Shown: positions 47,761 through 56,953, counted from the stretch's first letter. The stretch is DNA of 64,000 bases from Acidimicrobiia bacterium (GCA_028376655.1 JAONAZ010000002.1:69029-133028), one strand, 5' to 3'. The notes: a model not told the origin generated them from the letters alone. Program-made: numbers and translations.

Positions 47761-47764
47761 ATAT

Positions 47765-50083
47765 ATGTCCGTAACTAATGTCACTTGTGAAATAGGTGGT
47801 AAAGAAATTAAATTCGAAACTGGGAAATTAGCATTACAAGCTTCTGGAGCAGTAGTCGTAACTTCAGGCGAAACTAATGTACTTGTAACAACTGTAGCTA
47901 ATAAAACAGTACGTGAGGGGATTGACTTTTTCCCTTTAACTGTGGATGTTGAAGAAAGAATGTACGCTGCAGGTAAGATTCCCGGTGGTTTTTTCAGAAG
48001 AGAAGGTAGAGCAACAGAAAACGCTATCTTAGCTTGTAGGTTGATTGATAGACCCTTAAGGCCATCTTTTGCTGATAATTTTAGATGTGAAACACAAATC
48101 ATAGCTACTGTTTTAAGCGTAGATAATGAACATGAATATGATATATTAGCACTAAATGCTGCATCCTTAGGATTGCAATTAGCTGGAGTTCCTTTAGAAG
48201 CTCCTGTAGGTGCTGTGAGAATGTCACTAATTCATGATAAATGGGTTGTACAAGCAACAAGTTCGGAACAAGAAGATTCTGTATTTGATATGGTTGTAGC
48301 TGGTAAATTAAATGATAATAATGAAGTTGATATCGTAATGGTTGAAGCAGGAGCTACAAGTGATTCTTTTGAAAAGATAGATGCTGGTAGTATTGCACCC
48401 TCAGAAAACATTGTTGCTGATGGTATAGACAAATCCAAAGAATATATCTCAGTTTTAATAAGTGCTCAAAAAGAACTTGTTAGTAAAAATGAAGTACCAG
48501 TTGTAGATTGGCCAGTAGTTGAAGACTATACAAAAGAATTAAAAGATAGCCTTGATACTGCTTATAAAACCAAAGTTGAAGATGTAATGAAGATTACTGA
48601 TAGAACTGAAAGAAGTGAAAAGCAAGCAGAACTCCAAGATCAAGCCCTTGAAGAATTTACAAATGAGGAAGCTAATAATGTTAAACCAATAAAACTAGCA
48701 TTTAAATCATTAGTAAAATCAGTCGTTAGAGACAGAGTTATTGCTGGCGGGCCTAGACTTGATGGTCGAACACCTACAGATATAAGAAATATATCAGCAG
48801 AAATTAATCTTTTGCCTATGGTTCATGGATCGTCTTTATTCCTAAGAGGTGAAACCCAAGTTCTTAACGTAACAACATTAGGTATGTCTCGACTTGAGCA
48901 AATGCTTGATACAGTTGATACAGTAACATCAAAAAGATATATGCATCATTATAATTTCCCACCTTATTCAACAGGTGAAGCTTATATGAAGTTTGGACCA
49001 AAAAGGAGAGAAATCGGTCATGGAGCATTGGCAGAAAAAGCAATGATTCCTGTTATTCCTGAAAAGGTTGATTTTCCATACACAATTAGAGTTGTTAGTG
49101 AAGCAATTTCTTCAAATGGTTCCACTTCACAAGCTTCAGTTTGTGCTTCCAGCCTATCATTAATGGCTGCAGGGGTTCCAATTAGGGAACATGTTGCAGG
49201 AATAGCTATGGGTCTTATTTCCAAAGATACTAACTATGTGACATTAACCGATATATTGGGTGCAGAAGATGCACTTGGTGATATGGACTTTAAAGTTGCA
49301 GGTACAAGGGGAGTTATTACAGCTTTACAGCTAGATATGAAAATAGAAGGTTTACCTTCAGATGTACTCAGAAAAGCACTTAATCAAGCTATGGACGCGC
49401 GTCATCATATTTTAGATGTCATGGAAGATGCTATTTCTGAACCAGCTGAAAAATTATCGGGCAACGCTCCTAGGTTAGAAACTGTTGACCTTCCAAAAGA
49501 TAAAATTGGAGAAGTAATTGGACCAAAAGGTAAGAATATCAGAAAAATTGAAGAAGAGACCGGCGTCAGCGTTGAAATTGATGATGATGGTATCTTAACT
49601 CTGGGTTCTACTGAAGAAGAAGGTCTTCAAGCTGCAAAAGAAATGGTCATGTTAATTATTGATCCTCCAGAGGTCAAAGTAGATACAGATTATGATGGTG
49701 AAGTTGTAAGCATTGCAACTTATGGAGCATTTATTAATATCCTACCAGGAAGAGATGGACTACTTCATATTTCCAAATTCCATTCTAAAAAGAGAGTATC
49801 TAATCCTGAGAATATTTTATCTGCAGGCGATAAAATCAAGGTACATGTGGACTCTATTGAAAATGGTAAAGTAAGCCTATCTTTATTAGAAGATCTTGAA
49901 ATACCAGAAGAATCAATCGATAAAGGTGGTTCTAGAAAAGACTCTAAAAGACCAGACAATCGTCGAAATGATCGTCCAAATAATCGAAACAGAAGTGATA
50001 AACCTAGGGATGAAAAACCTACTAATGATTCACCTCAGAGGAAAAGAGTTTCTTTCGAAGACGACTTCGAAAAAGGGATTTAA
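47765..50083 (+). CDS. pnp: polyribonucleotide nucleotidyltransferase (PNPase) with Arg/Asn-rich C-terminal tail
   Basis: Two RNase PH domains (FFRREGR, GDMDFKVAGT), KH (GPKGKNIRKI) and S1. 772 aa. Confidence 0.95.
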   Translation: MSVTNVTCEIGGKEIKFETGKLALQASGAVVVTSGETNVLVTTVANKTVREGIDFFPLTVDVEERMYAAGKIPGGFFRREGRATENAILACRLIDRPLRPSFADNFRCETQIIATVLSVDNEHEYDILALNAASLGLQLAGVPLEAPVGAVRMSLIHDKWVVQATSSEQEDSVFDMVVAGKLNDNNEVDIVMVEAGATSDSFEKIDAGSIAPSENIVADGIDKSKEYISVLISAQKELVSKNEVPVVDWPVVEDYTKELKDSLDTAYKTKVEDVMKITDRTERSEKQAELQDQALEEFTNEEANNVKPIKLAFKSLVKSVVRDRVIAGGPRLDGRTPTDIRNISAEINLLPMVHGSSLFLRGETQVLNVTTLGMSRLEQMLDTVDTVTSKRYMHHYNFPPYSTGEAYMKFGPKRREIGHGALAEKAMIPVIPEKVDFPYTIRVVSEAISSNGSTSQASVCASSLSLMAAGVPIREHVAGIAMGLISKDTNYVTLTDILGAEDALGDMDFKVAGTRGVITALQLDMKIEGLPSDVLRKALNQAMDARHHILDVMEDAISEPAEKLSGNAPRLETVDLPKDKIGEVIGPKGKNIRKIEEETGVSVEIDDDGILTLGSTEEEGLQAAKEMVMLIIDPPEVKVDTDYDGEVVSIATYGAFINILPGRDGLLHISKFHSKKRVSNPENILSAGDKIKVHVDSIENGKVSLSLLEDLEIPEESIDKGGSRKDSKRPDNRRNDRPNNRNRSDKPRDEKPTNDSPQRKRVSFEDDFEKGI

Positions 50084-50599
50084 TTACTTTCTATTTGAAG
50101 TTAAGTTAATAGGACTAGTCGACTCAGTGGTAACATAAGCATCTGGATTTATTGAAGAAACAATATTCAAAACTTGTTTTGCTTTTTTTCTAGGTGCTAC
50201 ACACCACGCTATACTAACTTCACCTTGCATACCTTCACCAGTAATAATTGTTACACCGAATCCTTCTGAACGAAGTTTTTCAGCTACTTTTCTACTATCT
50301 TCATCTTTTGGTGAAAATATTCTGATTACTACATCGCCTATTGCAATTGTTGATTCTATGTAAGATCCTATAATAGTTCCAGAGGCAAATCCAAGTGCAT
50401 AACCTACTACTAGAAAAGGGTCATCTAAGTCTCTAATAACTTGTGATATTGCTACTACCCAAATAGCTGATTCAATAAACCCTAGTGCTGCCCCAAAAGT
50501 TGGTTTTCCTTTATTTACATAAAGTGTTCTTAGTGTGCCTAATGTCTGATCTAGTAGACGAAGTAAAAATATGTAAGCAACAGCTAAAAATACATCCAT
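50084..50599 (-). CDS. UPF0316/DUF2179-family membrane protein
   Basis: N-terminal 3 TM with LLRLLDQTLGTLRT, plus a C-terminal DUF2179-like soluble domain. Its stop abuts the pnp stop. Confidence 0.7.
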   Translation of the reverse strand: MDVFLAVAYIFLLRLLDQTLGTLRTLYVNKGKPTFGAALGFIESAIWVVAISQVIRDLDDPFLVVGYALGFASGTIIGSYIESTIAIGDVVIRIFSPKDEDSRKVAEKLRSEGFGVTIITGEGMQGEVSIAWCVAPRKKAKQVLNIVSSINPDAYVTTESTSPINLTSNRK

Positions 50600-50603
50600 A
50601 AGG

Positions 50604-51335
50604 CTATTGTATTGCTTCTACCATTTCATCGTATACTTTTTTCATTTTCTTATGCGTGTCCGAAACTAGTTGTTCAATATTTTCTTTATTATATTTTGAG
50701 ATGTCTATCGGCTCTAATGTTTTTATCATTGCCTTCCCACTTTGCATAAACTTACTACCTCTTGGCCATATATCTCCAGTCCCTGCAATGACTACTGGGA
50801 GAATTGGAATATTATTGTCAAAAGCAATATGAAAAGCACCACTTTTAAATTTCTTAAAATCATCTTTAGGTACACGAGTTCCTTGTGGGTATACCATTAG
50901 TGACCACCCTTTTTCAAATATTATTTTTGCCTGCTTGTTTATTGAGACCCTATCATTAGGATTATTTCTATCTACTTTTATGAAGTTAAATGCCTTTGCG
51001 GCGGTTCCAAAAAAAGGTAGTTTGTAAACTTCTTTTTTAGCCATGAATACCCATTTAATTTTTAAATATTTGAATTCCATCATTGGATCAAGGTTTGAAA
51101 GATGATTTGAGATTACTACATAGGGTTGATTAGTTTTGTAATCTGTTGTTTTTATGATTTCTAACTTTGCTCTTGCTGCCCACATCCAAGGAATACACCA
51201 GGATTTAGCAATATAATATTTTACTTTTGTATATTTTGCAAAAATACCAATAAACCAGATACTGTAAGCAACTGGAATTGTATAAACTGCCATCAATAAC
51301 ATGTTTGTCCAACTTAATAGTTTATTTTTGAGCAT
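50604..51335 (-). CDS. plsC: 1-acyl-sn-glycerol-3-phosphate acyltransferase family protein
   Basis: HX4D block SNHLSNLDP; YPQGTR block; PILPVV. I prefer the ATG at 51335 to the GTG at 51416, which would overlap the divergent gene by 66 nt. The start remains uncertain. Confidence 0.75.
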   Translation of the reverse strand: MLKNKLLSWTNMLLMAVYTIPVAYSIWFIGIFAKYTKVKYYIAKSWCIPWMWAARAKLEIIKTTDYKTNQPYVVISNHLSNLDPMMEFKYLKIKWVFMAKKEVYKLPFFGTAAKAFNFIKVDRNNPNDRVSINKQAKIIFEKGWSLMVYPQGTRVPKDDFKKFKSGAFHIAFDNNIPILPVVIAGTGDIWPRGSKFMQSGKAMIKTLEPIDISKYNKENIEQLVSDTHKKMKKVYDEMVEAIQ

Positions 51336-51350
51336 GTATCTAATACTATA

Positions 51351-51887
51351 TTGAATATCAATAGAAAAGAAACCGTGTTCAAGAAAAATATAATAAGACG
51401 TAACCTTCTTAATCACAATTTCCGCAATGTAGAACTTTCTGATGATATTTCAAATATATTTTATGAGTTAGTAAATGGCAAGATAATCTGTACATACATT
51501 CCCATTTCTTCGGAAATTAATGTACTACCAGCATTATCAAGCAGTATATTTTTAAATACAACCTTTGTTGATGGTGAAAATTTACAAATTTGTACATATT
51601 CTGAACCCTTTATTGAAAATAAATTTGGAGTGTTGCAACCAAAAATCCTGACACCAAACTTTGATACAGAAGTGTTTATTGTCCCCGGAGTCGGATTTAC
51701 AAAATTTGGAGATAGATTGGGTCGTGGTGGCGGTTATTATGATGCTTTACTTAAAGAAAACTCAGAGGCTTTAAAAATCGGGATTTGTCATGATTTTCAG
51801 TTAGTCGACGAATTACCAATTGAAGAACATGACATTGCTATGGATTATGTTTTCACTGATAAAAATTATTACAAATCATCAATATAG
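51351..51887 (+). CDS. 5-formyltetrahydrofolate cyclo-ligase
   Basis: VPGVGFTKFGDRLGRGGGYYD and EEHDIAMDYV motifs. 178 aa. TTG start. Confidence 0.8.
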   Translation: MNINRKETVFKKNIIRRNLLNHNFRNVELSDDISNIFYELVNGKIICTYIPISSEINVLPALSSSIFLNTTFVDGENLQICTYSEPFIENKFGVLQPKILTPNFDTEVFIVPGVGFTKFGDRLGRGGGYYDALLKENSEALKIGICHDFQLVDELPIEEHDIAMDYVFTDKNYYKSSI

Positions 51888-51899
51888 TATTCTTATTAC

Positions 51900-52940
51900 A
51901 TGGATTTAAGCATAAACGTTGGATATTTTGGTCCTCATATTTCAGATGATCATGACCTAATCAAGAAATTAGATGAAATGGATTTTGCCTGTATATGGAC
52001 AGCAGAGGCTTACGGATATGATGCTGTTACTCCTCTATCCTATTTTTCAGCAATTACTAAAAATATAAATATTGGTTCAGGAATTATGCAGATTCCGGGT
52101 AGAACTCCTGCAATGACCGCAATGACCGCAATAACTCTTGATAAGCTTTCAAATGGTAGATTTAGACTTGGACTTGGAGTATCTGGACCCCAAGTTGTAG
52201 AGGGTTGGCATGGACAGCCTTACTCAAAACCATTATCTAGAACAAGAGAATATATAGAAATAATAAGAAAGATATTTCAGAGGGAGAATAAGGTAGTTTT
52301 TGATGGTGACTTTTATAACCTTCCTTATAATGGTCCCGATTCTTTGAATCTTGGTAAACCACTAAAACTTATTGAGCAACCTTTAAGAAGCAATATACCT
52401 ATTTACCTTGCAGCTATTGGACCAAAAAATATTGAGTTATCTGCTGAAGTTGCTGATGGTTGGTTACCATTCATGTACTCACCAACTAAGGGGGACATAG
52501 TTTTTAAAGAATATCTTAAAAAAGGATTTGAAAAATCCGGAAACCCCAATAAGGAAAAAGAATTTAATATTGTTGCAACTGTATTTGCAAGATTATGTGA
52601 AGAACATGAGGTTGAAGATTTCTTAAGACCAGCCAGAACAAGTTATACTTTATATGTTGGAGGTATGGGTGCTAAAGACAAAAATTTCTATTTTAATCTT
52701 ATGTGCGAGTACGGTTATGAGAAAGTTGCTACTGAAATCCAGAATTTATTTCTAAGTGGAAGAAAACAAGAAGCAGAGGAATTATTTCCTGAAGATTTAC
52801 TTAGAGATTTAACCCTTGTCGGCACAAAAAAAGATATTCAAGAAAAACTAAATCATTGGAAAGACTCTAAGGTAACAGAGCTATCTTTGTCATTACCAAT
52901 TGATATTCCAACATTAGAACTTATAAAAGAATTAAATTGA
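51900..52940 (+). CDS. luciferase-like monooxygenase (LLM) family, F420-dependent oxidoreductase class
   Basis: 346 aa TIM-barrel LLM pattern (FACIWTAEAYGYDA, SNGRFRLGLGVSG, LVGT..DIQEKL). The F420 class is inferred from actinobacterial context and the cofGH genes in the window. Confidence 0.7.
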   Translation: MDLSINVGYFGPHISDDHDLIKKLDEMDFACIWTAEAYGYDAVTPLSYFSAITKNINIGSGIMQIPGRTPAMTAMTAITLDKLSNGRFRLGLGVSGPQVVEGWHGQPYSKPLSRTREYIEIIRKIFQRENKVVFDGDFYNLPYNGPDSLNLGKPLKLIEQPLRSNIPIYLAAIGPKNIELSAEVADGWLPFMYSPTKGDIVFKEYLKKGFEKSGNPNKEKEFNIVATVFARLCEEHEVEDFLRPARTSYTLYVGGMGAKDKNFYFNLMCEYGYEKVATEIQNLFLSGRKQEAEELFPEDLLRDLTLVGTKKDIQEKLNHWKDSKVTELSLSLPIDIPTLELIKELN

Positions 52941-54280
52941 AGATTTTACTGCTTTCTTTTTATGATCTTGGGAAACAGCCAAAGATAATTTCGGAACTTC
53001 ATCAAAAACTTAGTAATGGTACAAACCAAATTGATATTGTCGATTATTCTATTGAAGAGAAATCTCTTGTATTAACTGACTACGATGCACTTGGTGTATA
53101 CGCTTCAATGCATACAGCTTCCGTACTAGCAGAAGAGTTCTTGCGTGGTAAACGCTTGCCAGATAAATTATTTGTTTTTGGACTTTATGCAAAAGTTTTC
53201 TCAGAAATCTATAGTAATTTTAATATAATTCAAAATTTTGAAAGTGAAGATTTAGAATCATTATTAAAAGTGAAACTAAATAGTGAATATTCTTTCAAAC
53301 ACTCAGTGCCAGATAGGACAGTGCTTCCCCCTATTACTGATTATTCTCATATTGTTGATGGTTCAAATAATTTAATAGCAGGATCAGTTGAAACAACATA
53401 TGGTTGCAAACATGAGTGCACCCATTGTCCTGTACCTATAGAATTTAAAGGCATGTTTAAAACATTTGGAACAGAAAAAATTGTCCAAGACGTATCCAAC
53501 CAAGTTGAAGCTGGTGCAAAGCATATTTCATTTAATGATCCAGACTTTTTCAATGGTCCAAAACATGCTTTAAAAATTTTAGAATTACTTAATAGTAAAC
53601 ATCCGAAAATAACCTATGACTCTACTATCAAAGTTGAACATATACTAAAATATCCACAATATTTTCAGGAGCTTAAAGACCTAAACATGCTTTTTGTTAT
53701 CTCAGCATTTGAAACAACTAATGATCAAGTCCTTACTATTCTTAAAAAAAATCATACGGCTGATGATTTAAAAAGTGCTGTCGAATTGTCACTAGAAAAT
53801 AGTATAGACATAAGGCCCACTTGGATGCCATTTAGTCCTTGGACTGAAATCAAAGACTTAATAAATATTATTAATCTCATAGAAAATTACAAACTTAGAG
53901 AAACGGTTGCTCCAATACAGCTAACAATAAAACTACTGATACCAAAAAACTCCCTGATATTATCAAGCAAGGAAATGAATCCATATGTTGGAGATTTTGA
54001 TCCTACGTCTTTTTCTTATCAATGGAATTATCACAATCCAGAAATTGACACATTACAAAAACAACTATTTAAATATGTTCTAGATAATGAATCTATTGAT
54101 GAATATGAACAATATTTAGGATTGGTAGATATTGTTGAATCCCACACAGGTGTATCACTTATTAAAGATGCTGAATATATTAAAAGATCTGTACCCAAAC
54201 TTTCAGAAACCTGGTTTTGCTGTTCTGAACCAAATAAAATACAACTCGATAGAATAAAATCAAACAAGGCATTGATATGA
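52937..54280 (+). CDS. radical SAM enzyme with Rossmann/B12-binding-like N-domain and vicinal-Cys CCSEP tail (CUAEP/CCAEP-tail family-like)
   Basis: CKHECTHCPV (CxxxCxxC). Tail WFCCSEPN (TGC TGT at 54218-54223). No SPASM Cys. ATGA-type overlaps with both neighbours. Confidence 0.7.
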   Translation: MKILLLSFYDLGKQPKIISELHQKLSNGTNQIDIVDYSIEEKSLVLTDYDALGVYASMHTASVLAEEFLRGKRLPDKLFVFGLYAKVFSEIYSNFNIIQNFESEDLESLLKVKLNSEYSFKHSVPDRTVLPPITDYSHIVDGSNNLIAGSVETTYGCKHECTHCPVPIEFKGMFKTFGTEKIVQDVSNQVEAGAKHISFNDPDFFNGPKHALKILELLNSKHPKITYDSTIKVEHILKYPQYFQELKDLNMLFVISAFETTNDQVLTILKKNHTADDLKSAVELSLENSIDIRPTWMPFSPWTEIKDLINIINLIENYKLRETVAPIQLTIKLLIPKNSLILSSKEMNPYVGDFDPTSFSYQWNYHNPEIDTLQKQLFKYVLDNESIDEYEQYLGLVDIVESHTGVSLIKDAEYIKRSVPKLSETWFCCSEPNKIQLDRIKSNKALI

Positions 54281-54783
54281 CAAATATTTCAAATGAAGAA
54301 TTGAATGTAGCAACATGGAAAATTCCAAGTCCTTTAGGAATAATAGGTTCTGGTGCGGATGTTGAATATAACGGAATGACTGCTAGTTGGATTACTCAAA
54401 TAAACATGAACCCACTGCTTATAGCTGTAGGTATTGACAATAAGAGCGTAACTCATAAATTAATGTCAGATAGTGAGTATTTTACGATTAATTTATTTTC
54501 TGAAAAGTACACAAAGGTATTTGTTAAATTTTCAAAACCTGCAGTGTACACAGAGGGCTTTTTAAACAAGGAACCCATAACTCTCACTGAAAACAATGTT
54601 CCAATATTTGATAATGCTCTTGTGTGGTTTGAACTTAGAAAAAAGAATGTACACGATTACGGGACACACACTCTCTATATTGGTGAAGTTGTAGATTGTA
54701 AAACAATGGAAACTGATGAACGTATTGCCTATATGGGGGATACAAGGATGAAATATGGAGGTGTGCCTAGAGGTGGGCACTAG
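54277..54783 (+). CDS. flavin reductase-domain protein (FMN-binding split barrel)
   Basis: GMTASWITQINMNPLLIAVGI, HTLYIGEVV. 168 aa. Confidence 0.75.
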   Translation: MTNISNEELNVATWKIPSPLGIIGSGADVEYNGMTASWITQINMNPLLIAVGIDNKSVTHKLMSDSEYFTINLFSEKYTKVFVKFSKPAVYTEGFLNKEPITLTENNVPIFDNALVWFELRKKNVHDYGTHTLYIGEVVDCKTMETDERIAYMGDTRMKYGGVPRGGH

Positions 54784-54805
54784 ATATAATGTCTAATCTC
54801 TATTT

Positions 54806-55495
54806 ATGAAAAAATATTTATTTTTTATAATTTCTAATTTTTTACTTTTTTTTATATTTCCCATAATTCGGCTATTAAGTAAAAAGTTTTATGAAAAAAG
54901 AATTCTTCCTCATCTTATAAATATGACATGTAGTTCCAAACCTATACAAATCCAAAAGAAGAAAATAATACCAAATGCGTATGGCAAGGTCCTTGAAATT
55001 GGTTTTGGATCTGGTGTAAATCTTAAGTTATATAATGATGAAAATGTTGAAAAAATCTACGGTATAGATCCTTCTCAGGAATTACATGTTCTTGCTTATG
55101 AAAATGCAAAATCTGTAAATATACCAATAGATTTACAGATAGGCAGTGCTGAAGAATTACCATTTGAAGATAATAGGTTTGATACTGTTGTTAGTACTTA
55201 CTCTCTATGTTCGATACCCAATCCGGAAATTGCTCTTGATGAAATTTCTCGGGTGCTAAAGTCTTCTGGTAAATTTTACTTTGCAGAACATGGCTTATCA
55301 TCTGACACTAGAGTTGCTAACTTTCAGAATTTCATTGAGTTCTTTTATCCTAAAATATCAGGAGGATGTCATGTAAACAGAGATATCCTTAAGTTAATCA
55401 ATAACAGTGAATTGGAATTAAAAGTTAGTCAAAGTATGTATCTACCTGGTACTCAGAAATTTCTTGGTTTTAACAGTTGGGGGACTGCTGGTTAA
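54806..55495 (+). CDS. class I SAM-dependent methyltransferase with N-terminal membrane anchor
   Basis: TM helix at residues 4-24; motif I VLEIGFGSGVN; post-I IDPS; FDTVVSTYSLC. 229 aa. Confidence 0.75.
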   Translation: MKKYLFFIISNFLLFFIFPIIRLLSKKFYEKRILPHLINMTCSSKPIQIQKKKIIPNAYGKVLEIGFGSGVNLKLYNDENVEKIYGIDPSQELHVLAYENAKSVNIPIDLQIGSAEELPFEDNRFDTVVSTYSLCSIPNPEIALDEISRVLKSSGKFYFAEHGLSSDTRVANFQNFIEFFYPKISGGCHVNRDILKLINNSELELKVSQSMYLPGTQKFLGFNSWGTAG

Positions 55496-56388
55496 TCAAT
55501 AACGCTTAATATGGCTTCAACACACTCTTGAGGTTTATCCTCTTGCAGAAAGTGTCCAGCATCTTTGATTACAACATGATTCATTCCATCTGCTCCAGGT
55601 ATGTGTTTGATAAATGAATTTTCTACACCTTTGAAGATATGATCTTTATCACTAAAAGCACACAAGAAAGGTTTTCCCCATTTTTTTAATTCTTTCCAAG
55701 CTTCTACGTTATGGGCGTAACTTGGATTATTAATACTATCTGGTACCAGTAATGGAAATTGTCTTGCAGCTTCCTTGAACGAATCATCCGGAAATGGTGC
55801 ATTATATGCATCTATAGTTAATTGATCTAATTCACTTACGCTTCCACCTTTAACTATTCCTCCAATATGAAAATTCTCCACAGTCTGAGAATAATTTCGC
55901 CAAGATTCAAAGGCTTCTCCAAGGGGTCTTTCACCAGTTGGTAATCCAGTATTAGAAACAACTACACTACTAAATCTTTCTTGATTCTTTACAACTAACC
56001 TTAAGCCAATCAGCCCACCCCAGTCTTGACCAAAAAGAGTTACGTGACTTAAATCTAGGTTATTCAACCAAGTGTTCATCCAATCAACATATTTTTCATA
56101 AGTGTATCCATTACGTTCAGAAAGCTTATCTGACTTCCCGAAACCAGGTAAATCTGGAACAACTACTCGCAAACCGTTGGCTACTAATGGATCTACAAAT
56201 TTTCGATATAAATATCCCCAGGTAGGTTCACCGTGAAGTAGTAAAACTGTTTTGGCATTTTCTGATCCTTCATCAATATAATGAATATTTAATTCCCCAT
56301 ATTCAGTATTTATGGGTTCGAATTTTGGTTCATACTTCCAATCAACTATCTCTGTAAAATCGGTATCTTTATTTCTAAGTATTTTCAT
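55492..56388 (-). CDS. haloalkane dehalogenase (HLD-I, DhlA-like alpha/beta hydrolase)
   Basis: LLLHGEPTWGYLYRKF, nucleophile elbow GQDWGG (Asp), C-terminal DAGHFLQED. 298 aa. Confidence 0.75.
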   Translation of the reverse strand: MKILRNKDTDFTEIVDWKYEPKFEPINTEYGELNIHYIDEGSENAKTVLLLHGEPTWGYLYRKFVDPLVANGLRVVVPDLPGFGKSDKLSERNGYTYEKYVDWMNTWLNNLDLSHVTLFGQDWGGLIGLRLVVKNQERFSSVVVSNTGLPTGERPLGEAFESWRNYSQTVENFHIGGIVKGGSVSELDQLTIDAYNAPFPDDSFKEAARQFPLLVPDSINNPSYAHNVEAWKELKKWGKPFLCAFSDKDHIFKGVENSFIKHIPGADGMNHVVIKDAGHFLQEDKPQECVEAILSVID

Positions 56389-56397
56389 ATTGCTATC

Positions 56398-56913
56398 TTA
56401 CAGGTTGTGGATAACGTTTGTAACAACACCCCAGATATATGCTTCACTATCATCATTAATAACAATTGGGTCAAAAGAATCATTCTCAGGCTTCAATAAG
56501 ATATTCTTTCCTTTTTTAACATATCTCTTAACAGTAAGCTCACCATCAACAACGGCAATGACTACTTTTCCATTTTCTGCTTTTAAACTCCTATCAACAA
56601 CAAGTATGTCTTTTGGAAAAATACCTGCATTGATCATAGACTCTCCAGACGCCCTAACGAGAAATGTGGATGCAGGATGTTTTACAAGATACTGATTGAG
56701 ATCTACTTTGTCTTCCAGGTAGTCATCTGCAGGAGAGGGGAATCCAGCCGAGACGCTATTTGTATATAAAGGTATTTCATAGAGACCTTTGTTTACAATT
56801 TCCGAGACATAGTCAACTTTGCTTAAAGGTATCCTCATGGCAGTAGTTTTTTCTCCATACTTGCCAAGACCCTTAGGCCTTCCAGCTCCTTTTCTCGCAC
56901 CACCTCTAGGCAT
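56398..56913 (-). CDS. umuD: UmuD-like S24 self-cleaving peptidase with extended basic N-terminal arm
   Basis: SVSA/GFPSPADDY cleavage region, ASGESM (Ser nucleophile), VDGELTVKRY (Lys). No winged-HTH. I prefer the ATG at 56913 (MPRGGARKGAGRPKG) to the TTG at 56955. Confidence 0.75.
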   Translation of the reverse strand: MPRGGARKGAGRPKGLGKYGEKTTAMRIPLSKVDYVSEIVNKGLYEIPLYTNSVSAGFPSPADDYLEDKVDLNQYLVKHPASTFLVRASGESMINAGIFPKDILVVDRSLKAENGKVVIAVVDGELTVKRYVKKGKNILLKPENDSFDPIVINDDSEAYIWGVVTNVIHNL

Positions 56914-56935
56914 AAAATGTCTTTCTTTTTCTTTA

Positions 56936-56953
56936 GAATAGTGTACAGTATTC
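56936..56953. promoter_or_regulatory. near-perfect 18-bp palindrome (candidate operator) between divergent umuD-like and umuC
   Basis: GAATA-G-TGTACA-G-TATTC, 16 of 18 positions self-complementary. Ends 2 nt before the umuC SD (AAGGAG, 56955-60). Confidence 0.5.

Noticed and set aside
49896-50138. An 80-aa plus-strand ORF bridges the pnp 3' end and the convergent UPF0316 gene.
   Set aside because: It lies out of frame inside pnp and antisense to the neighbouring gene. It has no motif, so I treat it as an artefact.
54218-54223. Possible selenocysteine recoding in the radical SAM tail, since the family motif is CUAEP.
   Set aside because: The codons are TGC TGT (Cys-Cys). There is no in-frame TGA and no obvious SECIS-like hairpin downstream, so this is the Cys-Cys form.
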